43,381 nt of DNA from Candidatus Aenigmatarchaeota archaeon (GCA_043824495.1 JBDRSV010000026.1:1-43381), one strand, 5' to 3'; numbered from the stretch's first letter, positions 7,072 through 17,156 are shown. Made by a program: numbers and translations. Notes: generated by a model not told the origin, from the letters alone.

Positions 7072-8643
7072 ATGCGAGATACCAACTCCGCAATGGAGAG
7101 TTTGGAGAAGGAGATTAATAAGGCTTTCGACAGCTTCAGCAACAGGCTAAGCATATCAATATCGGAATTCTTGAGAGAGCTTGATGTAACCTCATTGGTT
7201 TCGCATATTTTCAGAAACTACAGCGAGCCTTGGAGATATAGGCACAATCCCAAAGCCATGATCAAGGCAACCTTTTTTATGAAGCTGAAGGGATTCAAAT
7301 TCCAGACACAACTGATAAAACACTTAAATGAAAATATTGGAGATGCGTGGAACCTCGGGTGTGATGTCGGCAGAAGGGAAAAGACAAGGATAGTCAGCAG
7401 AAGGGCATTTAACCATTTCATGAACGAGAGGATTACAAAAGACGTGTGGGAACTCATCAATTTCGCGTCCAACTGCATAAAAAAGAAAGCGGTTGAAAGA
7501 GGAAAACTGTTTGATTTGCCTTCAGTTGAAAAGGAAAAGAAATGTTCTGACAGGACACATTTCAGGAAGAAGCAGGCAAAAACTATAGAACTATGCAAGC
7601 TCATGAGAAAGACAATATATCCGCAGATAAGATTAGAGATAGCCCAAAACTCAGTTTACAAGAAAAAGGATTTTCTGGACCTCATAACACATGTGGCGCT
7701 GACTCACGATTTTGCGGAGAACGGTTCTGCAACCATGAAATTGGAAAGGGACAAGACGCCGGATGCGGACACGCTATTATATCACATCAAGAAGTACGGA
7801 CACAGGAAGGAAGTGGAGGGAATGTTCGAAAGAATATTCGATATGACATTCGAGATGGCCAGAAAATCGGGCTTCCTGAAGAGGCCCGTAGACCTTGCGA
7901 TAGACTGCACGGACATAATGTATTATGGGGATAGGGAGGACTACATGGTTGTCGGCACGAAGCCGGGAAAGGGGACAAACTACGCCTTCAGATTCGCCAC
8001 GGTCAATATAGTGGAGAACGGGGAAAGGTACGTCCTTTTCGCTCTCCCCGTGGCTGTGAAGACGAGGAAAGTGGACATTGTTGAAAGATTGCTTAGATAC
8101 GCCAATGGAAAGGTCAGAATCAAGACACTGTTCATGGACAGGGGGTTCTTCAGCACGGATGTAATAGAGTATCTGAACAGAAAGGGCATAAAGTTCATTA
8201 TGCCTGCCACGAAGAACTGGAGAATAAAACGCCTTATGGAAAAGGTTGAGACTCCTTACGTTTCTGACTACAAGATGAAAAACCTCTGGATGAAATCAAC
8301 GACATGGTTCAAGCTTATCATACTCACGAAGGATGGGAACAAATATGCCTTCGCCACGAACACGGAAGTTACGAAGATGTCGGCTGTCCTGCTACCGGAG
8401 AAGTACAGTAGGAGATGGGGCATAGAAACGAGTTATCGTGTGAAAGAATGTTTTAGAGCTCGCACAACATCGAAGAATTACATAATCAGATTATTCTATT
8501 TTATGTTCTCTATCACTCTTTACAACCTCTGGGTAATCGTGAACGCGATGCTCTGTATGTTCCTCTACGGAAAGAATGGAGAAAAACCGTTGGTGACTGC
8601 GAAGATTGTGGGGACACTGCTGATAATGGCAGACATGCCGTAG
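7072..8643 (+). mobile_element. ISH3-family (IS4 superfamily) DDE transposase with an N-terminal extension
   Basis: LAIDCTD...YYG, KPGKGTNYAFRFAT, LFMDRGFFS, YSRRWGIETSYR. Start approximate (ATG 7072 or 7093). Higher GC than flanks. No convincing TIRs found. Confidence 0.85.
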
Positions 8644-8709
8644 CAAACTCTAATCTAATTAATTTAAACATGCTTTTCTTATTCTAAGATATATCATTGT
8701 CATTTATTT

Positions 8710-8793
8710 GACGGAGTTCCCGAGCGGTCAAAGGGATCGAACTACCAATTCGATGAATTAGTTTCTTCGTGGGTTCGAATCCCGCCTCCTATT
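8710..8793 (+). pseudogene. class II (Leu/Ser-type) tRNA-like gene with ACC anticodon and damaged acceptor stem
   Basis: D arm CCCGAGCGGTCAAAGGG, anticodon arm TCGAA-CTACCAA-TTCGA, long variable region, T arm GTGGG-TTCGAAT-CCCGC; acceptor GACGGAG/CTCCTAT has two mismatches. Confidence 0.65.
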
Positions 8794-8900
8794 GTCCAGT
8801 CAAACCTCTAAAGTTCCACAGGAAATCAAACACTTTCGGAAGTACTGGGGAGATTGATGATATTTAAAATCTGGATCAAAATAATTTTTAGTGTGATAAT

Positions 8901-9362
8901 ATGAAAGAATACCCAAATACCACAACAACATTTTTAATTGAGTATGAAGGAAGGTTTTTACTTGTATCTAGGGGGAACAACGAAGAAAACTTCCCAGACA
9001 CGTGGGCATTTCCTGGCGGGAAGGTGGAAGTAGGAGAAACCGTGGTAGATACAATAAAACGCGAAGTAATGGAAGAAACCGGGTTGGATATAACAGACGA
9101 TGTTGTTGTGCTTAATACGTACACGTTTAAACAGACGGTTGGGCTTGCATTTTTGGTTAGGGCCAAACATAATAATGTAAGGCTTTCAGACGAGTTATCA
9201 GAACACGAGTGGGTATCTACGGAAAACGATCTCAAAAAACACACATGTATACCAGGAATATATAATCATCTAATACATGCTAGAGAAGCACTCGAAAGAG
9301 GACAGTTTTATAGTTTGGAAAACATGAATTTAATTGAGTCTAAATATATGAATAAGGACTGA
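8901..9362 (+). CDS. NUDIX hydrolase
   Basis: Nudix box GGKVEVGETVVDTIKREVMEETGL. Confidence 0.92.
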   Translation: MKEYPNTTTTFLIEYEGRFLLVSRGNNEENFPDTWAFPGGKVEVGETVVDTIKREVMEETGLDITDDVVVLNTYTFKQTVGLAFLVRAKHNNVRLSDELSEHEWVSTENDLKKHTCIPGIYNHLIHAREALERGQFYSLENMNLIESKYMNKD

Positions 9363-9363
9363 T

Positions 9364-10038
9364 ATGAAAATATTAACATTAGCCGATTTCCGTGGTAATA
9401 TTGAAGCAACGTCAAAATTACTTAACACCCTTGATATGAAAGATATAGGATTGGTATTATGTTCTGGAGATTTTACAGATGCATATAATGTGCCGTATGG
9501 GTTTAGTGTTCTAAATATGGGTGAAGTTATAGTGCAAAAAATAGCATCGCTCAAGAAACCATTCTTTTGTGTTCCTGGTAATGTGGATCCATTTGATATT
9601 GTTAGCGTGTTTGCTGACTATGGCGCAAACATACACCACCATACAAAAAAAGTAAAGGAATTAGAAATTGCTGGTTGGGGTGGAGCAGTAACGCCGTTTA
9701 ATACGAATTTCGAACCACCACCAGCGGAAACAAAACAAGGGCTCGAAGATATGGCCAAGAAAATAAAGGGAGAATTCATACTACTGCTTCATGACCCCCC
9801 AAAAGATACAAAACTAGATTTATTAGACGGCAAGCACGTCGGTTCTAAGGAAGAAAGAGACTTCATACTAGACAAAAAACCCGTGTTGTGTGTTTCCGGC
9901 CACATACACGAAGCCAGAGGAACAGACAAATTGGGTTCTACTATATTGTTCAACCCAGGTTCAGTTTCTGATGGATGTTATGGTATTGTAGATATCACCG
10001 GAAAAAAAGTAACATGTGAATTAAAGAAATTCACTTAA
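9364..10038 (+). CDS. calcineurin-like metallophosphoesterase
   Basis: LADFRG, SGDFT, PGNVD, LHDPP, GHIHE motifs. Confidence 0.88.
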   Translation: MKILTLADFRGNIEATSKLLNTLDMKDIGLVLCSGDFTDAYNVPYGFSVLNMGEVIVQKIASLKKPFFCVPGNVDPFDIVSVFADYGANIHHHTKKVKELEIAGWGGAVTPFNTNFEPPPAETKQGLEDMAKKIKGEFILLLHDPPKDTKLDLLDGKHVGSKEERDFILDKKPVLCVSGHIHEARGTDKLGSTILFNPGSVSDGCYGIVDITGKKVTCELKKFT

Positions 10039-10750
10039 GTTTTTTTAATATATCATCAACATTTTCCATTTTACAGATGGCCAAAGGAATGTTTTCTACT
10101 TCTGCTATTCTTTTAGCAACATCATCAACCTGATTTAATCCGTGTAGTATAACTAGGCTTGGATGAAGATTTGTTAATTTTAATGCTACCATAGGGCCTC
10201 TGCCAGTTGTAACCTTAGTAAAAACCAGAGCTCTTTGCGTTGTCATACCATATAATTTAATCATCTCATTAAACGACAGTTCTGTTATTGCTTTCAAAGA
10301 GTCAATTATTGTGTAACCATAAATTTCTTCTGATGATCTGCCCTTTCCGGTCACCATAGTAGCATTTATTTTCTTGCAAAAATCGCTAATAGTTGTGTTT
10401 TTTGAAAATTCTTTAATGTCTATTATAGACTCTGATAGTGGTGTGGTGTTTGTGTTTTTGCTGAAGCTTCTTATAACATTGCCGCCTGTTTTCGAATCTA
10501 TATCAATCAGAGCAATAACATATTTTTTAATAACTTGTATACCAGGAGATTTTCTTCTACCAGATTCATAGTCTGATATAACAGAAGATGTTATTTTGAG
10601 TTCGTCTGCTAGTGTTTTCTGAGAGATCTTAAATATGCTTCTCCACTTTCTAATCACATTCTCTGGAGAATCGGCTAATACAATCTCGCCTATAATATCC
10701 TTTGCTAGGCTCTCCTTTACAAGAGAGAATTCGTCAATATGGCTAGTCAC
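10031..10750 (-). CDS. XRE-family HTH transcriptional regulator with DRTGG-like C-terminal domain (COG1709-like)
   Basis: IRKWRSIFKISQKTLADELKITSSVISDYESGRRKSPG; RALVFTKVTTGRGPMVA. Confidence 0.88.
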   Translation of the reverse strand: MTSHIDEFSLVKESLAKDIIGEIVLADSPENVIRKWRSIFKISQKTLADELKITSSVISDYESGRRKSPGIQVIKKYVIALIDIDSKTGGNVIRSFSKNTNTTPLSESIIDIKEFSKNTTISDFCKKINATMVTGKGRSSEEIYGYTIIDSLKAITELSFNEMIKLYGMTTQRALVFTKVTTGRGPMVALKLTNLHPSLVILHGLNQVDDVAKRIAEVENIPLAICKMENVDDILKKLK

Positions 10751-10830
10751 GTTCGTTAATTGACTTTAGGATATTTAAGCCTTAATTCGTGCGTTTCGAT
10801 AAATATTAACATCAAAAACAATAACTAACC

Positions 10831-11202
10831 ATGCCGATAAAATCATACCAAAAGGGAGCCAGAGCAGAGAGAGAGCTTACCCATTTCTTAAATAGTCGCG
10901 GATTCTCTTGTATTAGAAGTGCATCTAGTGGCGGATTCCTATACCCAGTGGATGTAGTAGCACTCAAGAAGGGTCGCGTGTTATGTTTTGAGATTAAGTC
11001 TTGGGCAAAGAAACCAAAACTTGAAAAGAAGAAGTTAGAGCGGTTTAAAGAATGGTGTGAAAGAGCAGACGGTTTCGCTTTTCTAGGGTGGTATAATGAA
11101 AATAGGTGGAGATTTCTTACACTTAAAGACGCAGAAGCAGGAAATTATGATGATGATAACTGGATGCAGCTGAATCAACTTCTAGAAATTTTCAATATTT
11201 AA
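10831..11202 (+). CDS. hjc: archaeal Holliday junction resolvase
   Basis: KGARAERELTHFL...RSASSGG...VDVVALK...FEIKS. Confidence 0.9.
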   Translation: MPIKSYQKGARAERELTHFLNSRGFSCIRSASSGGFLYPVDVVALKKGRVLCFEIKSWAKKPKLEKKKLERFKEWCERADGFAFLGWYNENRWRFLTLKDAEAGNYDDDNWMQLNQLLEIFNI

Positions 11203-11483
11203 TCCGAGTCTACATAATGAGGGGTTCCACCAAGAGAAGCTGATTTTTCTATGAGTTGATCATGCAACGCATGTATCTGCGGCTGATCGGCGTTATAAAG
11301 AAAAACAGTTCCCCCTCCTCCCATATAGCCAACATTTAAAACCTGACCGCGGTCATTGGTCGGGAACCCCTCGCCAGTAGGGTCTACATAATGATCATTC
11401 AGTTCTAATCCAACAATCCCCAGAGCTTTTCGTAGTTGTTCATCACTTGGGAAATAAATACTATCCACTTTCATATCCATCAT
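11199..11483 (-). CDS. hypothetical protein
   Basis: 94 aa ORF filling a gap, protein-like composition, no family recognised. Confidence 0.55.
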   Translation of the reverse strand: MMDMKVDSIYFPSDEQLRKALGIVGLELNDHYVDPTGEGFPTNDRGQVLNVGYMGGGGTVFLYNADQPQIHALHDQLIEKSASLGGTPHYVDSD

Positions 11484-11517
11484 TTTCTATGTCGACTATA
11501 TAAAAATAATCCCTAAT

Positions 11518-11901
11518 CTATATGCTCCCGTATTCTCCACGTCCGTTACCATCAATTTTGAAATAACTACTACCTCTTCTACGAATAGCGTCTTTAACAG
11601 CTGCCGGATCAAAATCCCCATCAAATGTTATGGGCAGTGAAGTTTCGCTTAATAAAAAAGAAGATCCTGGTGATATATCATCGATAGCTTTTGCAACAGC
11701 GCTTGGTGTTGTGTAAACACCCAATTCTACAGAAAGAGGACCATCATCTAAATTACGACCATTCACAAGAACACCATATTGTCCTGGTCTGCCTCGCACC
11801 GTGATCCCACTTACAGCAAGGGCAGGAATGGCACCGATATTCCTAAGAACTCTGTATACCCCTGTTTTATTCACAACAATTTCAGTTGCAGGTCCTGACA
11901 T
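11518..11901 (-). CDS. hypothetical protein
   Basis: 127 aa ORF co-directional with its neighbours, no family recognised. Confidence 0.6.
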   Translation of the reverse strand: MSGPATEIVVNKTGVYRVLRNIGAIPALAVSGITVRGRPGQYGVLVNGRNLDDGPLSVELGVYTTPSAVAKAIDDISPGSSFLLSETSLPITFDGDFDPAAVKDAIRRRGSSYFKIDGNGRGEYGSI

Positions 11902-11930
11902 CTCATTTACTAAAATGGCTGAAAATATAT

Positions 11931-13097
11931 TTAAAAGTCTCTTAAAAATTTCTTCATTTTGTCGAGGGCCTTTTCTATCTTTTCATATGAAGTCGCATAG
12001 GAGCAGCGTATAAACCCCTCTCCTCCAGCTCCGAATTCTGTTCCTGGTAGTACAGCAACCTTGGCTTTTTTGAGAAGTTGTTCGCTGAATTCCAGAGATT
12101 TCATCCCAAAGGATTCTATTTTGGGAAAAGCATAAAATGCACCCTGGGGCCTCACACATTCCACACCTTCCATCTCGTCCAATCTCTTCACAATCATTTT
12201 TCTTCTTCTGTCATACTCCTTTACCATTTTGTCAACGTATCCTTGTGGTCCCTTCAAAGCTTCTATAGCAGCTATTTGTGATATTGTTGGTGTGGATAAG
12301 CTTGTGAAGATGTGAACTTTCTTCATAGCTTCTACAAGTTTTTCTGAAGCGATCGCGTAACCAACTCTGAATCCAGGCATTGCGTAACTCTTGGAAAAAG
12401 AATGTAATGTGACAACACGGTCTTCCATACCATTGAAAGAACCAATTGATGTGTGCTCAACTCCGTCGTAAATTAATTTCTCATATGCTTCATCTGACAT
12501 GATTATCAAATCATTTTCCACTGCGAAATCTGCAACCTCTTCCAACATCTTTTTTCTGAATACAACTCCTGTGGGATTGGACGGGGTGTTAATGATTATT
12601 GCGCGAGTCTTTTCAGGATTGAATTTTTTATTAAATCTATCAAAATTTGGATGGAAATCGTCTTGTTCGTGAAGTTTCATTTTGATTACTTTTCCACTTA
12701 ATATTTCTACAGTGGGTTCATACGAAAGAAAACTAGGATCAGGAACTATAACGGATTCTCCGGGATCCATTATGCATAATAATGTGAGTAAAATACCTTC
12801 TGTGGAACCTGTGGTAATCATTACATTTTCAGGATTGCATTTAATTTTATTATTTTTCTTGACAGCTTTCACGACAGCTTCTTTCAAATCTTGTCTTCCC
12901 CCAACAGGAGAATAATGTGTTTCTTTGTCATCTAACGCTTTCTTCGCAGCTTTGATCACATTAGGAGGAGCATCAAAATCCGGTTCTCCTGGTCCCAGCG
13001 AAAGAACACTTTTGTCCTCTTCAGCAAGCTTCAAAAACTTACCAATTGTAAGAATGGGCAAATCTTTTTCTCTGTCAGAGATCACATTTCTAAGCAT
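11931..13097 (-). CDS. class I/II PLP-dependent aminotransferase (aspartate aminotransferase-like)
   Basis: GEPDF, NTPSNPTG, SDEAY, SFSKSYAMPGFRVGY, PQGAFY. Confidence 0.95.
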   Translation of the reverse strand: MLRNVISDREKDLPILTIGKFLKLAEEDKSVLSLGPGEPDFDAPPNVIKAAKKALDDKETHYSPVGGRQDLKEAVVKAVKKNNKIKCNPENVMITTGSTEGILLTLLCIMDPGESVIVPDPSFLSYEPTVEILSGKVIKMKLHEQDDFHPNFDRFNKKFNPEKTRAIIINTPSNPTGVVFRKKMLEEVADFAVENDLIIMSDEAYEKLIYDGVEHTSIGSFNGMEDRVVTLHSFSKSYAMPGFRVGYAIASEKLVEAMKKVHIFTSLSTPTISQIAAIEALKGPQGYVDKMVKEYDRRRKMIVKRLDEMEGVECVRPQGAFYAFPKIESFGMKSLEFSEQLLKKAKVAVLPGTEFGAGGEGFIRCSYATSYEKIEKALDKMKKFLRDF

Positions 13098-13162
13098 ACT
13101 ATATTATTCTCATAATAAGTTAAATCTGTAAACTTAATATCAAATAAAAACAAAATTACAAT

Positions 13163-14524
13163 ATGAACCAAATGGATTATTTCTTTGATCCGAAGAGTAT
13201 TGCAGTCATTGGAGCATCTAGAAATCCAAGAAAAATTGGTCATGTGGTTTTTAGAAATTTTATTGATGGTGGATACAAAGGTAAATTATATCCAGTTAAT
13301 CCGAACGCAGAAATGTTGTTTGGGACTAAAGCATATGCTAAAGTTTCTGATATAAAGGAACCAGTGGATTTAGCTATTATCACAGTTCCGGCAAAGTTTG
13401 TAATTCAGGTAATAGAAGACTGTGGTAAAAAGAAAGTTCCATGCGCTGTCATAATTACCAGTGGGTTCAAAGAAATCGGAAACGTCGATTTAGAAAATCA
13501 GCTCATTGCAACGCTGAAAAAATATAAAATGAGGGCAATTGGTGTTAATGGTTTAGGAGTTTTCGATGCATATACAGGAGTAGATACATTCTTTTTACCA
13601 AGATATAAATTAGAAAGACCAGGAAGGGGAAACATCTCTTTCATCTCACAGTCTGGTGCTACGGGTTCTGTAGTCATGGATTGGATGGGTATGAAAGGAT
13701 ATAAAATCGCAAAATTCATTTCTTACGGAAATGCCACTGATGTTGATGAAGCAGACTTAACAGAATATTTAGCTAACGACAAAAAAACAAATGTTATCTG
13801 TGCATATTTCGAGGGTGTGAAAGAAGGAAGAAAATTCTATAATATAACAAGGAGAATTGCAAAGAAAAAACCAATCATTGTTGTTAAAGGTGGTATAACA
13901 GAAGAAGGAACTAAGGCAGTGTCTTCTCACACTGGTTCTCTTGCAGGATCTGTAGAAGTCTACAAAGCCGCTTTCAAACAAGCCGGTGTGGTTTTCGCAG
14001 AGGGACTAGAAGAGTTATTTGATTATGCTAGAATACTATCAACACAGCCAATTCCAAAAGGAAACAAGGTTCAAATCATAACCGATGGCGGAGGATTTGG
14101 TGTTATAGCCGCTGATTGGCTAATAAAAAATGGTCTGCCTCTCGCAATGATGGAGAAAAAGAGTATAGAACGTCTACGAAAAATATTCCCTCCATATGTA
14201 TCTCTCAGAAATCCAATGGATTTGACAGGTGATGCAGATACACCAAGATATAGAGAGGCTATAGCAGCTGCAATGGATGATCCAAACGTGGACATACTTC
14301 TAATTATAGTACTTTTCCAAGTTCCAGCACTTACAGCTGATGTTGTTGATGTGATATCAGAAGCTTCACAACAAAGAAAGAAACCTGTTATAGTGATATC
14401 AGCTGGTGGGCGATACACTGAAGTTCTAAAGAAAACACTAGAAGATTCTGGTGTCCCTTGTTATTCATATCCACAGGCAGCAGCAAAATCAATTAGAGTG
14501 TTGGTTGATTATGGAAAGAAATAA
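13163..14524 (+). CDS. acdA: acetate-CoA ligase (ADP-forming), alpha subunit
   Basis: IAVIGASRNPRKIG, SQSGA, SYGNATD, SHTGSLAGS, NPMDLTGDA. Confidence 0.9.
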   Translation: MNQMDYFFDPKSIAVIGASRNPRKIGHVVFRNFIDGGYKGKLYPVNPNAEMLFGTKAYAKVSDIKEPVDLAIITVPAKFVIQVIEDCGKKKVPCAVIITSGFKEIGNVDLENQLIATLKKYKMRAIGVNGLGVFDAYTGVDTFFLPRYKLERPGRGNISFISQSGATGSVVMDWMGMKGYKIAKFISYGNATDVDEADLTEYLANDKKTNVICAYFEGVKEGRKFYNITRRIAKKKPIIVVKGGITEEGTKAVSSHTGSLAGSVEVYKAAFKQAGVVFAEGLEELFDYARILSTQPIPKGNKVQIITDGGGFGVIAADWLIKNGLPLAMMEKKSIERLRKIFPPYVSLRNPMDLTGDADTPRYREAIAAAMDDPNVDILLIIVLFQVPALTADVVDVISEASQQRKKPVIVISAGGRYTEVLKKTLEDSGVPCYSYPQAAAKSIRVLVDYGKK

Positions 14525-14556
14525 TTCTTTTATGGAACTAAAATAAATAATAACCA

Positions 14557-16020
14557 ATGAAATCCTACAAACTTTTTATCGGAGGAAAGTGGGTTAATTC
14601 GTCTTCTAAGGAAACGTTCGATACTTTAAATCCGGCAACAGAAAAACCACTCGCAATCTTCCAGAAAGGGAATTCGGATGATGTTGATAAGGCAGTTGAA
14701 GCTGCAACGAAAGCTTACAAAAAATGGAATAAAGTTCCTCCTCCAAAAAGAGGTCAAATTCTTTTCAGGTTTGCAGAGATTCTAAAAAAACATAAAGAAG
14801 AGCTTTCCAAATTGGTCACAACAGAAATGGGTAAAGTTATATCTGAGGGTCGCGGTGATGTACAGGAAGCAATTGATACAGCAGAGTATTTTGCAGCAGA
14901 AGGCCGAAGATTATTTGGCCACACAACAACATCGGAACTTCGAGATAAATTTGCAATGACTATCAGGAGACCCGTTGGAGTTTTCGGTTTAATAACACCA
15001 TGGAATTTCCCAACAGCTATTCCTGCATGGAAAATATTACCAGCATTGATATGTGGAAATACCGTAGTATTCAAACCAGCAACAGATACTCCGCTATGTG
15101 CAACCAGATTCGTAGAGCTCTTAGAAAATGCAGGAGTTCCACCAGGAGTTGTAAACATGGTTACAGGATCTGGTAGAGGGGTCGGAACACCAATAGTAAA
15201 ACATCATGATATTAGAGGAATATCGTTCACAGGATCAAAAGAAACTGGAGAGTTCATAACAAGAGAGGCTGGTATCAAAAAGGTTGGGATGGAACTTGGC
15301 GGGAAGAATGGAATAATAGTTATGCCAGACGCAAACCTAAGTTTAGTCGAAGATGGTGTTATCTGGGGCGCATTTGGAACAACAGGGCAGAGATGTACTG
15401 CAACAAGTAGGGTTATTGTGTTAGAAGAGGTTTTGGAAAAATTCGAGAAAAGAATTGTAGCTAGAACAGAAAAACTACGGTTGGGATCGGGTTTACTTTC
15501 TACAACAGATGTAGGACCTCTGATAAACAAAGCTGCTGTAAAGAAAACTCATGACTACACGGAAATAGGAAAAGAGCAGGGAGCCAAACTCCTTACTGGA
15601 GGAGAAATACCATCAGGCAAAGGATTCTTCTACAAACCAACAATATTCACAAATGTAGCTTCTGACATGCGTATTGCACAAGAAGAAATATTTGGTCCTA
15701 GTTTGTCCATAATTTCTGTAAAGAATTTAGACGAAGCAATTGATGTAATGAATTCCATACAATATGGATTATCTTCAGCTATTTACACACAGGACGTGGA
15801 TTGTGCTTTCAGGGCAATACATGAAATAGAAGCAGGATTAACTTACGTTAACTCAAGTACAATTGGATCAGAAGTTCATCTACCATTTGGTGGAGTGAAA
15901 GGAACCGGCCACACAAAAGAAGCAGGAATACATGGACTAGATGAATTCAGTGAGGTCAAAACAGTTTATGTTGATTACTCAGGTAAATTACAAAAAGCAC
16001 AGATAGATGACGTGGAGTAG
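14557..16020 (+). CDS. NAD(P)-dependent aldehyde dehydrogenase
   Basis: ITPWNFP, FTGS, MELGGKN, GQRCTA, EEIFGP, PFGGVK. Confidence 0.95.
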   Translation: MKSYKLFIGGKWVNSSSKETFDTLNPATEKPLAIFQKGNSDDVDKAVEAATKAYKKWNKVPPPKRGQILFRFAEILKKHKEELSKLVTTEMGKVISEGRGDVQEAIDTAEYFAAEGRRLFGHTTTSELRDKFAMTIRRPVGVFGLITPWNFPTAIPAWKILPALICGNTVVFKPATDTPLCATRFVELLENAGVPPGVVNMVTGSGRGVGTPIVKHHDIRGISFTGSKETGEFITREAGIKKVGMELGGKNGIIVMPDANLSLVEDGVIWGAFGTTGQRCTATSRVIVLEEVLEKFEKRIVARTEKLRLGSGLLSTTDVGPLINKAAVKKTHDYTEIGKEQGAKLLTGGEIPSGKGFFYKPTIFTNVASDMRIAQEEIFGPSLSIISVKNLDEAIDVMNSIQYGLSSAIYTQDVDCAFRAIHEIEAGLTYVNSSTIGSEVHLPFGGVKGTGHTKEAGIHGLDEFSEVKTVYVDYSGKLQKAQIDDVE

Positions 16021-16061
16021 CGAGTTCTAACTTTAAAAATGTTATGTACTTAGTTTAACTA

Positions 16062-16616
16062 ATGAGTCAGTGGGAGCGCCATGTATATAGAAGCGAGAAA
16101 GATTTTCTTAGAACACTTTTCGCTTCTCCTCCAGATGAGGAGGTTATGGGAATTTACGATAATTACATGCCTCTTGTTATAGTCCCGTGCCATTATTATA
16201 TTGGTCAATACGCAATAGAAAAACAATCTCCTATTTGGACCATTTGTAATATTCCGGAAGTAGAGGAAGTAAAAGATGAGTGGGGAAGAAAGAGAATTGC
16301 GTTCCCAGGCGGATTTGCCTTAAAACCAACTTTTGTTATGAAAAAATCAGCTACAACCAATACAGACGACGAAGCTTTGAATATGAAAAACGAAACCCTT
16401 CGTTGTGTGGCGGGAGAATTTGATTATGTGTGTAAATTAACCAATGTTCTACATTTTTCTCCAGGTGGAACTCTTACAACTAGAATATATTATGGAGATG
16501 AAATACTCGAAGGTCCAGACAGGACAGCAACATATGAAATAGAAGGCGATACTATTTTCATAGGAATTTTTGGTGTATCAAGAGTTCTGGAAGAAAAAAA
16601 ATACAAACTAGAATGA
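16062..16616 (+). CDS. hypothetical protein
   Basis: 184 aa ORF in a co-directional run, no family recognised. Confidence 0.6.
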   Translation: MSQWERHVYRSEKDFLRTLFASPPDEEVMGIYDNYMPLVIVPCHYYIGQYAIEKQSPIWTICNIPEVEEVKDEWGRKRIAFPGGFALKPTFVMKKSATTNTDDEALNMKNETLRCVAGEFDYVCKLTNVLHFSPGGTLTTRIYYGDEILEGPDRTATYEIEGDTIFIGIFGVSRVLEEKKYKLE

Positions 16617-16643
16617 TTTATTTACTCAAATCAAAATATAGGT

Positions 16644-17156
16644 ATGATCAAAAAGTTTGAAGGAAAGAAACCGGATGTACATAAAGATGCTTTCATAGCA
16701 GAGACAGCCAGTCTTGTAGGTGATGTGAGTGTTGGAGAACAAAGTAGCGTCTGGTACAGTGCGGTTATCAGAGCAGATCAACAATCAGTCAAAATTGGAA
16801 ATAGGACGAGTATACAGGATAATGCTACAATACATGTGTGTCCTGGTCACCCAACCGTGATCAAAGACGGTGTTACAGTCGGTCATAATGTGATTGTGCA
16901 TGGATGTACAATTGAATCTAATTGTATCATAGGCATGGGAGCAATTCTTCTAAATGGATGTAAAATAGGGAAAAATTCCGTTATCGGTGCTGGTGCAGTG
17001 GTAATGGAAAATGCAGTTATACCACCACAAAGCTTAGCTGTTGGAATTCCAGCAAAGGTAATACGAAAACTAACAGAGCAAGATATACAGAAAATAAAAG
17101 AGAACGCACAAGAATATGTTAAGCTCACAGAGCAATACCTAAAACAAAAATCATAA
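16644..17156 (+). CDS. gamma-carbonic anhydrase family (YrdA/CaiE-like) hexapeptide-repeat protein
   Basis: IQDNATIH...VTVGHNVIVHGC, hexapeptide repeats. Confidence 0.92.
   Translation: MIKKFEGKKPDVHKDAFIAETASLVGDVSVGEQSSVWYSAVIRADQQSVKIGNRTSIQDNATIHVCPGHPTVIKDGVTVGHNVIVHGCTIESNCIIGMGAILLNGCKIGKNSVIGAGAVVMENAVIPPQSLAVGIPAKVIRKLTEQDIQKIKENAQEYVKLTEQYLKQKS

Noticed and set aside
7046-8650. Terminal inverted repeats GAGTTT/AAACTC
   Set aside because: Only 6 bp match and no target-site duplication identified; not enough to define the ends.
8794-8860. 5S rRNA-like fragments (GGAAGT, AGTACTGG) and short hairpins
   Set aside because: Too short, and the 5S helices cannot be built; probably chance.
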